A DNA stretch of 62,768 bases, the filler included, from Nemertoderma westbladi (taxonomy: Eukaryota; Animalia; Xenacoelomorpha): the NCBI GenBank assembly GCA_032718475.1. It is 3 parts of 3 records of this genome, joined end to end, with 100 filler letters (N's around TTAATTAATTAA, not from the genome) between each part and the next. Parts side by side here need not be neighbours in the genome. Positions count along the whole stretch, not along the records: positions 1 to 25,855 come from JAUCBJ010000053.1; 2 more parts are not named here. One strand, given 5' to 3'. A program made the position numbers and the translations under genes. This document shows, piece by piece, positions 1 to 11,434 of this stretch. The notes beneath the pieces were generated by a model. The model made no database searches and had not been told where the DNA came from. It saw only the letters and a list, made by a program, of their open reading frames with translations. Each line of letters opens with the position of its first letter. Position 1 is the first letter of the stretch.

Positions 1-2
1 TC

Positions 3-3000
3 TTCCTTTACTGATGGAAGGGACTTTAAGTTGTCGTCCATGTATATGTCTCGTTTGATGTTATCTATCACCTCTTTGGAGAAGGCATCCCGGTTGTCAT
101 CCGCAGTGGTACGAACCACTGAGCAGGCGTTTGAAGGGCTTGATATAATCCCAAAAGCCTGGATGGTCATCCAGTACTCTACCGGTTTCTGGTTGAGATC
201 TCCTTCAGGCCACCACAGGAATCTTAGGCTGTCTCTATCACGATCCAACGCCTTGACTTGTAGGAACATTCCTTCTATATCGGAGGCGAACGCGATGGAA
301 TATTGTCTTAATCTTAACAGTATCCCCAACAAAGATTGGAGCAAGTTGGGTCCTGGTAACAACTCCGAATTAAGGGATTGGCCCATATATAGGGCGGAGC
401 CATCAAATACAACCCGTACTTCATGGGGTTTACCGGGTTTGGGAACATAATGATGTGTTAGATAATAAGTCCTTTCAGTTATTGGAGTTCCTTCCGGTAC
501 TCGCTCCGCATATCCCTTTGTGATAAATTTCTTCAACTGAGTTTGGTACATTTCCTTAGCTGAAGCGTTTGCCGTAAGACGTCGATGTAATTGATTGATT
601 CTTTTCTCAGCCAAGGGTCTGTTATTTATAAATCTGGGTTCACGTTTTCGGAAGGGTAGTCCGATTTCATATCTACCTTGATCTTTTAAAAAACGTGTGG
701 TTGTTTCCTGGATTTGCTTGGCTCTTTCTTCTTCTATCGACAGGGCTTTGTCGTATGAATTGGGTTCTACCAATTCTTGGGTAAAGAATCGTACGGCGAG
801 TTCGTCCCGAGTTCTAGCGTTGTAGCGCTCTACCTCGTCATTAAGTTCGTCATTATAAATAGTGGATTCCGTTGGGCGAATCAGTTGACATAGGTTCGTT
901 TGGTTTTTCCAAGTTTGGTTTTCGGTAAGTAGGTCAATTGTGTTCTCTTCTTCGAAGAGTTGGTAGATGTCGTCATTATCCGAGGAGTATGGTGTTCCCT
1001 CAGTTAGTTCGTCCACCTCACTGCTTTCCTCTTCCCAATCACTTACCTGATATATTTGTTCGTGGGGCATTCTCTCTTCTAGAGTTCTACGGGAAGGGCC
1101 AGTAAAGTACCAACCTACTCTAGTTCTTACCGCATAAGTTTGCAGTGGCTGTGGTTGAGCAGGCCGTTTCTCCAATGTCTCAAGCGCTTCGTGTGCGTTT
1201 TGGCCGATGAGTATTTGCACTCCGGGATAATCTGTCTGGAATCGAGGTATCTTAAGATGTTGGATGCTCTCATCCTCGTCCCAATTATAAAGGTCTGCTT
1301 GGGTAGTAGCGAAGTTCTTTATAGCCACCATTTTTACTGACCTTACACCTTGTGTTCCTAACTTATCCTGGGGGGTGGACAACACACCTACATAGTAATC
1401 TGCCGTCAGGGTAGATTTCCAAACCTGCATAATTCCTGACATATTCAATTTAGTCCGGAACTTGGGTTGTCCAGCAAAGATATCTTCGGCTAGCTCTTGA
1501 TCGATGAATGTTCCTGTGCTGCCTGAGTCAAGTAGGGCGTTCACTATGTAGCTTCTGTTAATACCGTGAACTCTTACCTGAACTACAGGAAATTCTCTGA
1601 TTCCTACGTTGGAAGTTGGAGCTTTCCAAGATGATTGTTTGGTAAAAGTAGTAGGGGGAAACTCCTCGTTGATGTCCTTTTCGTAAGTAAGTGCTCGATA
1701 CACCGTGGTGTTTATTAGATAACAGGATTCATTGGCGTCGGAGAATTCGTCAGTATAGAATCCTTCCATCTCAGACTCCTGATCAGTGTCGTTTACATCA
1801 CTGAATTGGACATGTAGTTCGGACTCACTTACCTGACTCGGCTTGTCTCGTTCGAACTCACTATGTAACAAGATGTGATGTTTCGCACCACACTTTTCAC
1901 ACTTTATGTCGGAGTAACAAGTTCGCCGTTGGTGTCCTGGTCTGAGGCAATTATAACATAACCGCTTGTCCCACACAACTGTACGTCTGTCTACAAGGGA
2001 TTTCTTTAGAAATTCCGCACACGTACTCAAACGGTGGGTCCCGTCGCACAGCGCACAGTTAGGTTTTATGTTACTTACTTTACCTTGGGTAGTCTGATGC
2101 ACTCTCGTTCTTTCTTCGGGCTTTCTTCCGCGCATTCTGCTAGGAGACTGAGGAGGGGTCTTAGTAACCTGTTCTCTCCTATTGTTGGTTCGAGCTTTGT
2201 GTTTACTTACGTCCTTGGAGGTTTTGTCAATATAATAAGATCGTTCGGTGTCTTTCCCGCTGTCTTCTTCTTGGGAAACTTGGCTTTCGCCATCGTCAGT
2301 GTAACACACCGGTATTATCCTTCTCCTAGAAACGGGTTTCTCACTTACCTTATTTTCCGATGTTTTCTCTCTGGACTGCCTTATGAGTTGTAATTTTACT
2401 TCACTATCTAAGAAGGACATGAGATCAGCCATGGTAGGACTTCGTCGTTGTTGTTCATTCATGTACAACACTTTCTTGTCCCAGCGTGTACATACTCCAC
2501 CCTTTGGTAAAGTAGAGACTACGGCTCCAATAACCATGGAACTCTGATATTCATGCGACTTACCTAACCAGTCCAGTTGTCTACAGATCTCTTGAATTTC
2601 ATCGGAAAACTCTATAATCCCGCTACTAAGGAAGTGTCGGGGGGCTACTAATTTTGCATACAAATACTTAGCTATGTTATCCTTGTTACCATACCTGATG
2701 TTTAGTGTATCCCAAACTTGTCTTAATCCATCTGTATGTCCAATAAACTTTAACGCCATTAACTTGGGAGGTCCTTCCAAGCACTTGATGAGGAATCTAA
2801 GTTTCTCTCCGTTAGATAGTACAGAGTTCTGTATGCTATCTTTGTAATATTCGTTGAAAGGTAACCATTTCATCTCATCTCCATTGAATTTGACGATCTC
2901 TCCCACTTTGACCGCTTGGCGGGCTTCTGTTCTAGCCATCTGACGCGTAAAGCTTTCTTGGGCCATCGTGTTATTTAATATCGAATTATCGGTATATAAA

Positions 3001-5336
3001 TTTCTCGGATCATTATCAGGTCTATAGGGAATATCATTAATAACAGGTCTATAATCACCCTTAATAGGGTTTGCTATAGGAGTTTCTACTTCACTAGCAG
3101 TATAGATGCGTGTAGGCTCCACACCTTGCGCATGTAATACTTCAGACCTAACGGGTGGACACAATGTTACAGGGGGTATGGGTATGCCCTTTTGAATATT
3201 GACTAATTTGTCGCGTTCTAGTGCGATACTTTGCTGCACCTCTTGCAACTCTGCTCTACCTTCCCTCACTGTTCCCTTAAGTTGGTGGACAGTCTCCTGC
3301 ATCTGTCCTAGCAGGAGATTCATCCCCCGCCGTCCCTCTTCCACCCACTCAACCGCCGAAGCGGGAGTCGCCAACATAGTAGCGGGCTGACGCGGGACGA
3401 CGGGAGACAAATTATTGATTTCTCTCTCTGCTATCTGGACAGGGGTATTTGCATGGACTGTTCCACCGGGTACAGGCAGTGTAGTACTATGTAAAGGGAA
3501 TTTAGAGTTAAGCTCTGGAAGTGTAGGGGTCTCTAGCACAGAAGTGACTTTGGGAACAACAGGCCTAATTATTTCAGGTTCATCGACTATAGTAGGGAGT
3601 CTTTTGACCTGGATAAATTGTTCTATGGGTTCTGCACTACCTAAGTCTGTGCTAGTTAGCTGTCTTTTAACAGCTGGGGGCAAATCAGGCAATTTGCGAC
3701 GGTAAGATGTTTTTCTACGCCTACTTAGATGAGATCTATTTCCTCCGCCTTCAGGATCGGTGGTCTCGCCTTCCTCCGAGGATGTGTATCCCTGGCGCTT
3801 GGGAGTAGATTTTCTCATCATCTGCATTTGATTAGCAGTAAACTGTTTATTTATACTGTCTTGTGTCTCTTGCAGATTTTCCAACTCCAGGTGGGTAGTC
3901 TGCTCAGAGGCTCTCCGTTCTGCTTCTGCCACTGCCTTTGCTGCTTTTCTTTCTGCTTCTGCTTCTGCCGCCGCTGCCTTTCTTTCTGCTTCTGCTTCTG
4001 CCGCCGTGGCCTTTGCTGCTTTTCTTTCTGCTTCTGCTTCTGCAGCCGCTGCCTTTCTTTCTGCTTCTGCTTCTGCCGTAGCTGCCTTTGCTGCTTTTCT
4101 TTCTGCTTCTGCTTCTGCAGCCGCTGCCTTTCTTTCTGCTTCTGCTTCTGCCGTAGCCGCCGCCTTTTGTTCCTCTATCCGTCTTTTCTTTATTTGTTCT
4201 TCTCGGACTCTAGTGAGACGGAGTTTTTCATCACATTCAGCTTGGTTTGCAGCTAACATTTCGGCATCGATTGAGTCCAATACAAGCTTGGTTCCTTCAC
4301 TATTAGGGGAAAGTCCAGACAGCCGTCTCCTCAACTCTTCGTCTCCTAGGAATCGCTGATAGTCGGACAAATAAATGTCGATAGCGTCTCTAGTTCGCGG
4401 TTTCTCGGCGGCCTCTTCGCTTTCCGCTTGAAAAAGGGTGACATCAGTTGGTTCTTCATAAGTTGATCTCTCAGCCAGCTGGGATTTCCACTGGGCCGTT
4501 TCCTGGACTTTGAGATCTACCCGGTGTAACCAAGTTTTGACAGCAACCTGCAGCGACGTGTCTTGTCTTCTTTTGGAAGTTTCCTCAAAGGCTGAGAGGA
4601 TTAGTCGTATGCGTAGGGTTCTTTCGCGTATTTGATATAGCAACTCTGCCTGCTCTTGAGGTCCGTGAGGTTGTCGAAACAGTTGTTCTTCCAATCGATC
4701 CAAGGATCCGAAGAATCCCTGCACATATCCTGCTGCCGACCTCTTCCAAACAGCTGGATCCATTGTATCTTTAGCCACTCCCATCCTGTGTATATCTTCC
4801 CAAGTAGCCTCGGACAGATCTAACGGAAGTCCGAGTTCGGGAAAGTTCCATTGTGATTCAACAATAGATATCAATTCTTCCCTGGCGTATCCCGCGTAAT
4901 TATCTTGGGTCGCTCGCTTATTCTTCGCCCAGTCGGCTTGATGTTCCTCCACCGCAATGAATATAGTAGTTAGCACTGCAGCAGGAAGAGTAAGAAGGGG
5001 GTCCGAGTAGACTGTATCAGCCATCTGCACTCCATGTTCGGGAGTCAACTCTACAGTATCCGAACTGCTGGAGCTATCGGGTCGCTGGGAAGTAGGTTCT
5101 TGACCAAGATGTTGCTGCGATAGGACAACTGCCTCTTGGTCCCGTTTTACCTGTGCCCGAGTGCCTATGATGGACCTATGGTGGACTAGCCTAGGGTCTG
5201 ATACTACTGGAGGGATGACCTTTTTTACAGTAGGAGGTGAGCCGAACTCCTTTCTTATTCGCTCCACACTCCTATCTGAATCACAGATAGTTGTATCGAT
5301 CAGACTGTCTGACAGGTTTTGCTGAGTGTCAGACAT
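3..5336 (-). CDS. BEL/Pao Gag-Pol polyprotein, 3'-partial (about 1778 codons, no stop inside the window)
   Basis: ATG at 5336 (MSDTQQNLSDSL...). Same frame gives Gag core EIVKFNGDEMKWLPFNEYY (~2900), three knuckles CALCDGTHRLSTC / CYNCLRPGHQRRTC / CEKCGAKHHILLH (~2060-1860), protease VNALLDSGSTGTFI (D codon at 1529), RT RVVFDGSA...GPNLL...DIEGMFLQV...SLRFLW...FG..SSP and YMDD (44-33). Missing from the ORF track because it has no stop in the window. Confidence 0.93.
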   Translation of the reverse strand, partial: MSDTQQNLSDSLIDTTICDSDRSVERIRKEFGSPPTVKKVIPPVVSDPRLVHHRSIIGTRAQVKRDQEAVVLSQQHLGQEPTSQRPDSSSSSDTVELTPEHGVQMADTVYSDPLLTLPAAVLTTIFIAVEEHQADWAKNKRATQDNYAGYAREELISIVESQWNFPELGLPLDLSEATWEDIHRMGVAKDTMDPAVWKRSAAGYVQGFFGSLDRLEEQLFRQPHGPQEQAELLYQIRERTLRIRLILSAFEETSKRRQDTSLQVAVKTWLHRVDLKVQETAQWKSQLAERSTYEEPTDVTLFQAESEEAAEKPRTRDAIDIYLSDYQRFLGDEELRRRLSGLSPNSEGTKLVLDSIDAEMLAANQAECDEKLRLTRVREEQIKKRRIEEQKAAATAEAEAERKAAAAEAEAERKAAKAATAEAEAERKAAAAEAEAERKAAKATAAEAEAERKAAAAEAEAERKAAKAVAEAERRASEQTTHLELENLQETQDSINKQFTANQMQMMRKSTPKRQGYTSSEEGETTDPEGGGNRSHLSRRRKTSYRRKLPDLPPAVKRQLTSTDLGSAEPIEQFIQVKRLPTIVDEPEIIRPVVPKVTSVLETPTLPELNSKFPLHSTTLPVPGGTVHANTPVQIAEREINNLSPVVPRQPATMLATPASAVEWVEEGRRGMNLLLGQMQETVHQLKGTVREGRAELQEVQQSIALERDKLVNIQKGIPIPPVTLCPPVRSEVLHAQGVEPTRIYTASEVETPIANPIKGDYRPVINDIPYRPDNDPRNLYTDNSILNNTMAQESFTRQMARTEARQAVKVGEIVKFNGDEMKWLPFNEYYKDSIQNSVLSNGEKLRFLIKCLEGPPKLMALKFIGHTDGLRQVWDTLNIRYGNKDNIAKYLYAKLVAPRHFLSSGIIEFSDEIQEICRQLDWLGKSHEYQSSMVIGAVVSTLPKGGVCTRWDKKVLYMNEQQRRSPTMADLMSFLDSEVKLQLIRQSREKTSENKVSEKPVSRRRIIPVCYTDDGESQVSQEEDSGKDTERSYYIDKTSKDVSKHKARTNNRREQVTKTPPQSPSRMRGRKPEERTRVHQTTQGKVSNIKPNCALCDGTHRLSTCAEFLKKSLVDRRTVVWDKRLCYNCLRPGHQRRTCYSDIKCEKCGAKHHILLHSEFERDKPSQVSESELHVQFSDVNDTDQESEMEGFYTDEFSDANESCYLINTTVYRALTYEKDINEEFPPTTFTKQSSWKAPTSNVGIREFPVVQVRVHGINRSYIVNALLDSGSTGTFIDQELAEDIFAGQPKFRTKLNMSGIMQVWKSTLTADYYVGVLSTPQDKLGTQGVRSVKMVAIKNFATTQADLYNWDEDESIQHLKIPRFQTDYPGVQILIGQNAHEALETLEKRPAQPQPLQTYAVRTRVGWYFTGPSRRTLEERMPHEQIYQVSDWEEESSEVDELTEGTPYSSDNDDIYQLFEEENTIDLLTENQTWKNQTNLCQLIRPTESTIYNDELNDEVERYNARTRDELAVRFFTQELVEPNSYDKALSIEEERAKQIQETTTRFLKDQGRYEIGLPFRKREPRFINNRPLAEKRINQLHRRLTANASAKEMYQTQLKKFITKGYAERVPEGTPITERTYYLTHHYVPKPGKPHEVRVVFDGSALYMGQSLNSELLPGPNLLQSLLGILLRLRQYSIAFASDIEGMFLQVKALDRDRDSLRFLWWPEGDLNQKPVEYWMTIQAFGIISSPSNACSVVRTTADDNRDAFSKEVIDNIKRDIYMDDNLKSLPSVKE
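3918..4164 (-). repeat. Coding tandem repeat in BEL Gag (AEAEAERKAA[AA/KA] units, predicted coiled coil)
   Basis: TCTGCTTCTGCTTCTGC-rich 33-42 bp units; minus frame reads ...AEAEAERKAAAAEAEAERKAAKAATAEAEAERKAA... Confidence 0.85.
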
Positions 5337-6674
5337 GTTTAGCTATACAGTTGAAGGCTTACTGCTATAGTTACAGTTAAAGCAAGTCTAGTAATTCAGT
5401 ATGACCACTGGCCTAGTACCGGTAATTTATTGCAGTATATTAGAATACCGGTATGCACTTATAATATATATAAGTATTGTAAACTAGGTTTGTCACAGAG
5501 TACCGGTATATAAATTTAACACAGATATATAAATATATAATAGGCCTATCTTGAATACCGGTATACAGCTTACACTTATAGTATATATAAGTATAATTAT
5601 GAACTAAAAATTAATTACAGAGTACCGGTATGATTTCAGCTCAAATTTATAGAAATAAATATAATAAGCCTATGGTAGGTACCGGTATGTCAATTATTTT
5701 TAGAATAATTGAATTCCTGAATATTTTAGGGTTACTTAGTTACTTTAACTTACTTTATTACCGTTATTTAAGCAGTAGTCCAACTGATATTGAGACCTAG
5801 TTGTTGTCTGGTAGGCCTACTATGTATAAATCGTTTGAGTTGATTTATAATAGATATATACCCGTTTAAATGGGTTTTTTGTCAATATTTGAAATAAATG
5901 TTATTATTTCTGGGGGGTCACTACACAGAAGCTGCGCGCTCTCAGTGAAGTGCTATTTATTTGACACTAAAAACTGATAATTCTAATTTACCTAAGTTAC
6001 TTAATACTACAAATTACTTACTATACTGGTGAGATTAATTCTCTAATTAAACACAACAAAATATTACGTACGAAATTTTTAGGGTAATTTTACAGGAAGT
6101 CTTCAAACCAGCCTAACAAAGGGTTAGAATTCTGGTTATTACAACGGACAGGGTACTACGGTATTTGAAATAATAAGTAGTAAATATATTGTACTGTCCA
6201 GATAGGAAAATACCACCGCCTGACGACCTATAACCGTATCGCTATAGGTACTACGTTATGTATCACGGATTGTTCCTACCCAGAAGCTAATAGAGCTAAC
6301 GAATGTGCCTATCAACCACTTTACAACACAAATATACTGCCTACACTAATTACTTCGGAAAGCACTGTACACTAAACCCTAAATTAGGTACAAGTACCGG
6401 TATAACAAATAATCAGTAGTTAAATATACTTGAACAGTTAAAAGAACCACGGCATCTGCTGGAGTGACCGAAGCACAAAATCTCCAGTCTTTACCTACGC
6501 CGAGCAGCCCTGATGTAGTACCGGGGTTAGTTTAACTATAACGGTATGTATAACAAGCACAATTACTGTAGGAATAAACTTGGGGACATGAATGTTGCGA
6601 ATAATCGCATAAACTCTGAATAATAAATATTACGCTACCCGTACAGAATACTCAAACAAAATACAAACTAAACG

Positions 6675-7137
6675 CTGGCAGACTACTATCAAGCCTAAAC
6701 AAACTACAGTATGTGCAGATTCTGAAACTGTTAGTTAGTATGCGTTCTAGCACGGTAGTACGACTTATTCTTTAAGAGGGGATTGACCTTACCTCATATG
6801 GCTGCCCCAACTTACTAACGGCACTTTATCAGACCAACTCTACACACGCAGCAATCCCTTCAGGCCTAAGAATAGCTAGACAACAATCTAGCCTACAAAA
6901 TATCTGAGTAATAACTATTACGGTACCTGAACAGACCACACAAACAAACACAGGCTAAAACACTGGCAGACTACGATCAAGCCTAAATAAACTACAGTAT
7001 ATGCAGACTCTGAAACTGTTAGTTAGTATGCGTTCTAACACGGTAGTACGACTTATTCTTTAAGAGGGGATTGACCTTACCGCATATGGCTGCCCCAACT
7101 TACTAACGGCACTTTATCAGACAAACTCTACACACGC
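6675..7137. repeat. Direct duplication (~175 bp, 288-bp period) in the BEL leader
   Basis: CTGGCAGACTAC...ACTCTACACACGC at 6675-6849 and 6963-7137 with few substitutions. Confidence 0.9.
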
Positions 7138-8316
7138 CGTAATCTCTCCAAACTCAACACAGTCAGACAGCAGTTCAACCTACAATTACTTGCTCAATCT
7201 GAGCAGACTTACACGTCTTCAGCTCAATATTAACTTACTAGGAAATAAAACTGACAGAAATAAGTAAGCTCCAAAAGAAACAAGGGGTGTACAGTCCCTA
7301 ATCTCTTAAACAGCCTACCGGTATACAATAATCAAAATCGAATAATACTAAATGTACTTGTACAGCAGTACCGGTACCGGTGATGACAGTTAGGCCTACT
7401 GACCTACAGAAGTACCGGTTCAGTTTTACCAGTCACTACGGTATTTTGCAACCTTATTGCCTACTGCAATAAGATTATAAACTGTTACTGTTCGCGCTTT
7501 TAAAGACCTTTAGCAGTTTAACCTGCCAAAATTTATATGTCTTTTAGTTAATTAAAACACCTTTAGCATAAGACAATATTTTATGCTAATACACAAAACA
7601 TTAGCCGAAGTCAGCCCATGCGCGATCATTCACCCGATGGATCTACACCCGGGAGGCTGAATTCGGATGCTTAAATTTTATTATTGCAGTGTAAGGTTGC
7701 AGCGTAAACTTACTGTATTATTCGACAGATCGTTAATAATTAATTCCTGACAGATATTATTGGCTTTCGGGAAATATTAACAGTTCCTTTAGGACGTGGC
7801 GCTCTATCTATTTAAACAGAACTAAGACTTATACTAAAACGCAACGATACCGCTTATGATTAAAGTATAAAGCGTATTCTTTAGGAAATACTTTGTTACC
7901 AATCACAATCATACACACTATTCTGCCGACCGTCAGTATATTTGATCACACATAAAGAGAGCAGTAATTGACTCATGTAGGGTCTACTAAATAACATTAG
8001 ATTCAATACACACCACATTAATATAAATCGCAATTGTTATATATAGCCTGTCTCTCTAACCTGTAGTGTATCAAGAAAATTGGGAAATTTGGGTGATTTA
8101 TCCGTATTATCCAAAGATCAATATTTCCATCAACAAATAGGTACAATTAATAACTGACGGTAAATAACAGTACAAACAATATGATTAATAGTGAGTTAAG
8201 ATTGATTAATTAAGTAAGTGAGTAGTTAGATTGATTAATTAGGTGATTTAAGTTAGGTAACAGTTTATACTTTCGATAATTTAAGCAGTTTTACTAGAGT
8301 TCTTCCCAAAAGCCGG

Positions 8317-8711
8317 TGTTATGGCGAAAATGGGAACACAACAACAGAATCATATAAAATCATATGACTACTACTACTATACGAGTATACCAAAAACTCT
8401 TATTCCACGAAGCCCCGTTCAACACAGAGGATGAGCATAGAGATAGGAAATTCAGTTCAGTAGCGCTGGGATAGGTCGAAATCAACGCCTACGCAAATTC
8501 TATTGGCCGACACGAACAGCAAGGCTAAGGCAACCTCTCTAAGCTAGTTGGCCGATTAAACTGAGCCCAGATATCTCCGTACAGCACATCAGCCAATAAG
8601 CTGGTAGCTTGCACTATTTTAGTTATAAATCCCTTTGAGAGTATTCTAGCGACTGGGGGGGAACTGGCCAGCAAAGGCAAACGTATCAGTTATCCCACAA
8701 AAGCTTTTACA
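8317..8711 (-). repeat. Candidate 5' LTR of the BEL element (395 bp)
   Basis: Minus strand reads TGTAAAAG...CATAACA (TG..CA), carries several CCAAT-like boxes, and ends exactly where the 21-bp satellite starts. The second LTR is outside the window, so not verifiable here. Confidence 0.55.
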
Positions 8712-9277
8712 ATCTTAGTGATTATAAATAATATCTTAGTGATTATAAATAATATCTTAGTGATTATAAATAATATCTTAGTGATTATAAATAATATCTT
8801 AGTGATTACATATAATATCTTAGTGATTATAAACAATATCTTAGTGATTATAAATAATATCTTAGTGATTATAAATAATATCTTAGTGATTATAAATAAT
8901 ATCTTAGTGATTATAAATAATATCTTAGTGATTATAAATAATATCTTAGTGATTATAAATAATATCTTAGTGATTATAAATAATATCTTAGTGATTATAA
9001 ATAATATCTTAGTGATTTTAAATAATATCTAGTGATTATAAATAATATCTTAGTCATTATAAATAATATCTTAGTCATTATAAATAATATCTTAGTCATT
9101 ATAAATAATATCTTAGTGATTATAAATAATATCTTAGTGATTATAAATAATATCTTAGTGATTATAAATAATATCTTAGTGATTATAAATAATATCTTAG
9201 TGATTATAAATAATATCTTAGTGATTATAAATAATATCTTAGTGATTATAAATAATATCTTAGTGATTATAAATAAT
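8712..9277. repeat. 21-bp tandem satellite (ATCTTAGTGATTATAAATAAT)n, left part
   Basis: Near-perfect head-to-tail 21-mers. Confidence 0.97.
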
Positions 9278-11434
9278 TTTGAGAGAATAAGTTTGAGAGC
9301 CAGCAAACCCAGGACAAGCAAGCAAATCAACTATGACTGGGAGAAACTCAGAACTGACAATGCTGTAAAGGATGCTTATACAGTAGAGATTCAAAACCGC
9401 TTTGAAGCACTTCAGTCAATGGATGAAGACCAATCCACCGATTCAATATACCAGAATATAATAACAGCCCACAAGGAATCAGCTAAGAGGCATATCCCCC
9501 AGAAAACCAAACGAAAACAGTATGTGCCATGGCAAAACTCTGAGGTTACTTGTAAGAGAGAAGATCTTAAGATAGCCTACAAAGTTAAAACCGAACAACC
9601 AACAACTGAAAACATTAACAAGGTTGAGAAAGCTAAGGACGATCTTAAATTGGCCTACAACATCAGCCAGGAAAAGTACATACAGGATAAAACTGAAGCA
9701 ATTACAACTGCTCACATACAGCAACAATCAAGACTTACCTGGCAAACTGTAAATGAGGTATCTGGTCGGAAAAGTTGTGCAAAGGGGCGCCTCAAAGCCG
9801 ATAGTCCTGAAGAACGTGTTGGGAAGTGGAAAAATCACTTCAGCAACTTGCTTGGGCAGCCACCAAAAATCGAGGTCAGCCCTACAAGGAAAATATGTGA
9901 CAAGATACTACCTATAAAAACAGGGGACTTCACACCTGCCGAACTCCAAAGAAGCATTAAAAGCATGTCCAATAATAAAGCGAGTGGATTAGATGAAATC
10001 CCAGCGGAGGTATGGAAAACCGGAGTGCCTAATAGACCATTATTGAATGTTTGCAACCGGATGTTAAAAGGGGAAAAGCCACCACCAATTTGGACTAAAG
10101 GTCAACTAAAGCCTCTCCCCAAGAAAGGAGACCTCGGCATACCAACAAACTATCGTGGGATCTGTCTGCTTGTGGTAGCTGCCAAAATATACAATAAAAT
10201 GATTCTATATAGGATCATGCCTCACATAGAGAAACTACTGCGTAAGAGCCAAAACGGATTTCGACCAAGTAGATCAATAATAGCTCAGATACTTGCACTA
10301 CGGAGACTGATTGAAGGAATTAAGTCAAAGAATCTCCCCGCAGTCATGACTTTTGTGGACTTCAAGAAGGCATTCGACTCCATCCATAGAGGTAAAATGC
10401 TTGAAATCCTAAGAGCTTATGGAATACCAGAAGTAATTGTTGCTGGCATTGGATTGTTATATTGTGACACAGAAGCGCAGGTACTCTCACCAGATGGTGA
10501 AACTGAGTTTTTCTCAATCCTGGCTGGCGTACTGCAAGGCGACACATTAGCACCATTACTATTTGTAATTGTGCTGGATTACGCAATGAGGACGGCCACA
10601 AAGGGTGAATATCTGGGATTCCCACTTCAAGAACGCAGAAGTAGTAGATATCCGGCAACTACAGTCACAGACACCGACTTTGCGGATGACATCGCCCTGC
10701 TCTCTAATACGCTAGCAGATGCACAGCTTCTACTAAATAAAGTGGAGAGGGCTGCTAAGGAGGTTGGATTGCATATAAATGCTACAAAGACCGAATTCAT
10801 GACCTTGAATGTTGATGGAAACTTGACAACCATTGATAATAATCAACTAAGGAAGGTCGATGACTTCCAGTACCTTGGATCATGGATAGAGAGTAGCAAA
10901 AAGGACATAGAAGTTAGGAAAGCAAAGGCTTGGGTAGCTCTATCAAAAATGGATACCATCTGGAAATCAGATCTCTCCAGGCACCTGAAGACTAAGTTCT
11001 TTCGAGCCACAGTGGAAAGTGTATTTTTATACGGGGGTGAGACCTGGACACTGACTAAATCACTTGAACAACGAATTGATGGTTGCTACACAAGACTACT
11101 AAGGGCAGCCCTAAACGTCAGCTGGAGACAACACATGACAAACGCCGAGCTTTATGGTACAATACCACCTGTATCAACCACCCTCCGTGAACGCAGATTA
11201 AGATTCAGTGGGCACTGCTGGCGAAGTAAAGACGAGGTCATACCAGATCTACTTCTCTGGCAACCAACTCATGGAAAGCGTAGTCGTGGACGACCGGCCA
11301 TAACATATATAGATCAACTTGAAAGGGATACTGAACTTGGGAGAAACGAAATTGCGACAACTATGGAGAATCGGGAAGCCTGGAAGGATCTCATTTCCAC
11401 TGTCCGAGTTCGCTCGACCTAGTAGTAGTAGTAG
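9278..11434 (+). mobile_element. 5'-truncated RTE-clade LINE inserted in the 21-bp satellite
   Basis: TSD TATAAATAAT at 9268-9277 and 11435-11444; 3' tail (TAG)5 starting at the stop codon; nearly identical to the copy at 61470 onwards. Confidence 0.93.
9290..11422 (+). CDS. RTE-type reverse transcriptase, 5'-truncated (no endonuclease, no genuine start codon)
   Basis: NYRGICLL, QNGFR, FVDFKKAFDS, GVLQGDTLAPLLF, FADD, C-terminal RLRFSGHCWR...GKRSRGRP typical of RTE; frame intact to TAG. Confidence 0.85.
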   Translation, partial: SLRASKPRTSKQINYDWEKLRTDNAVKDAYTVEIQNRFEALQSMDEDQSTDSIYQNIITAHKESAKRHIPQKTKRKQYVPWQNSEVTCKREDLKIAYKVKTEQPTTENINKVEKAKDDLKLAYNISQEKYIQDKTEAITTAHIQQQSRLTWQTVNEVSGRKSCAKGRLKADSPEERVGKWKNHFSNLLGQPPKIEVSPTRKICDKILPIKTGDFTPAELQRSIKSMSNNKASGLDEIPAEVWKTGVPNRPLLNVCNRMLKGEKPPPIWTKGQLKPLPKKGDLGIPTNYRGICLLVVAAKIYNKMILYRIMPHIEKLLRKSQNGFRPSRSIIAQILALRRLIEGIKSKNLPAVMTFVDFKKAFDSIHRGKMLEILRAYGIPEVIVAGIGLLYCDTEAQVLSPDGETEFFSILAGVLQGDTLAPLLFVIVLDYAMRTATKGEYLGFPLQERRSSRYPATTVTDTDFADDIALLSNTLADAQLLLNKVERAAKEVGLHINATKTEFMTLNVDGNLTTIDNNQLRKVDDFQYLGSWIESSKKDIEVRKAKAWVALSKMDTIWKSDLSRHLKTKFFRATVESVFLYGGETWTLTKSLEQRIDGCYTRLLRAALNVSWRQHMTNAELYGTIPPVSTTLRERRLRFSGHCWRSKDEVIPDLLLWQPTHGKRSRGRPAITYIDQLERDTELGRNEIATTMENREAWKDLISTVRVRST

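Larger units (their letters stand above)
1..8711 (-). mobile_element. BEL/Pao LTR retrotransposon, 5' part (continues beyond left edge)
   Basis: Minus-strand gag-pol with BEL-type triple Cys-His Gag, aspartic protease and RT; candidate 5' LTR at 8317-8711; about 3 kb of leader between LTR and ATG. Confidence 0.85.

Noticed and set aside
31-4359. Plus-strand ORFs including the Cys/Phe-rich 3729-4256 and Ala/Ser-rich 4006-4359
   Set aside because: Antisense shadows of the BEL gag-pol and its coding repeat.
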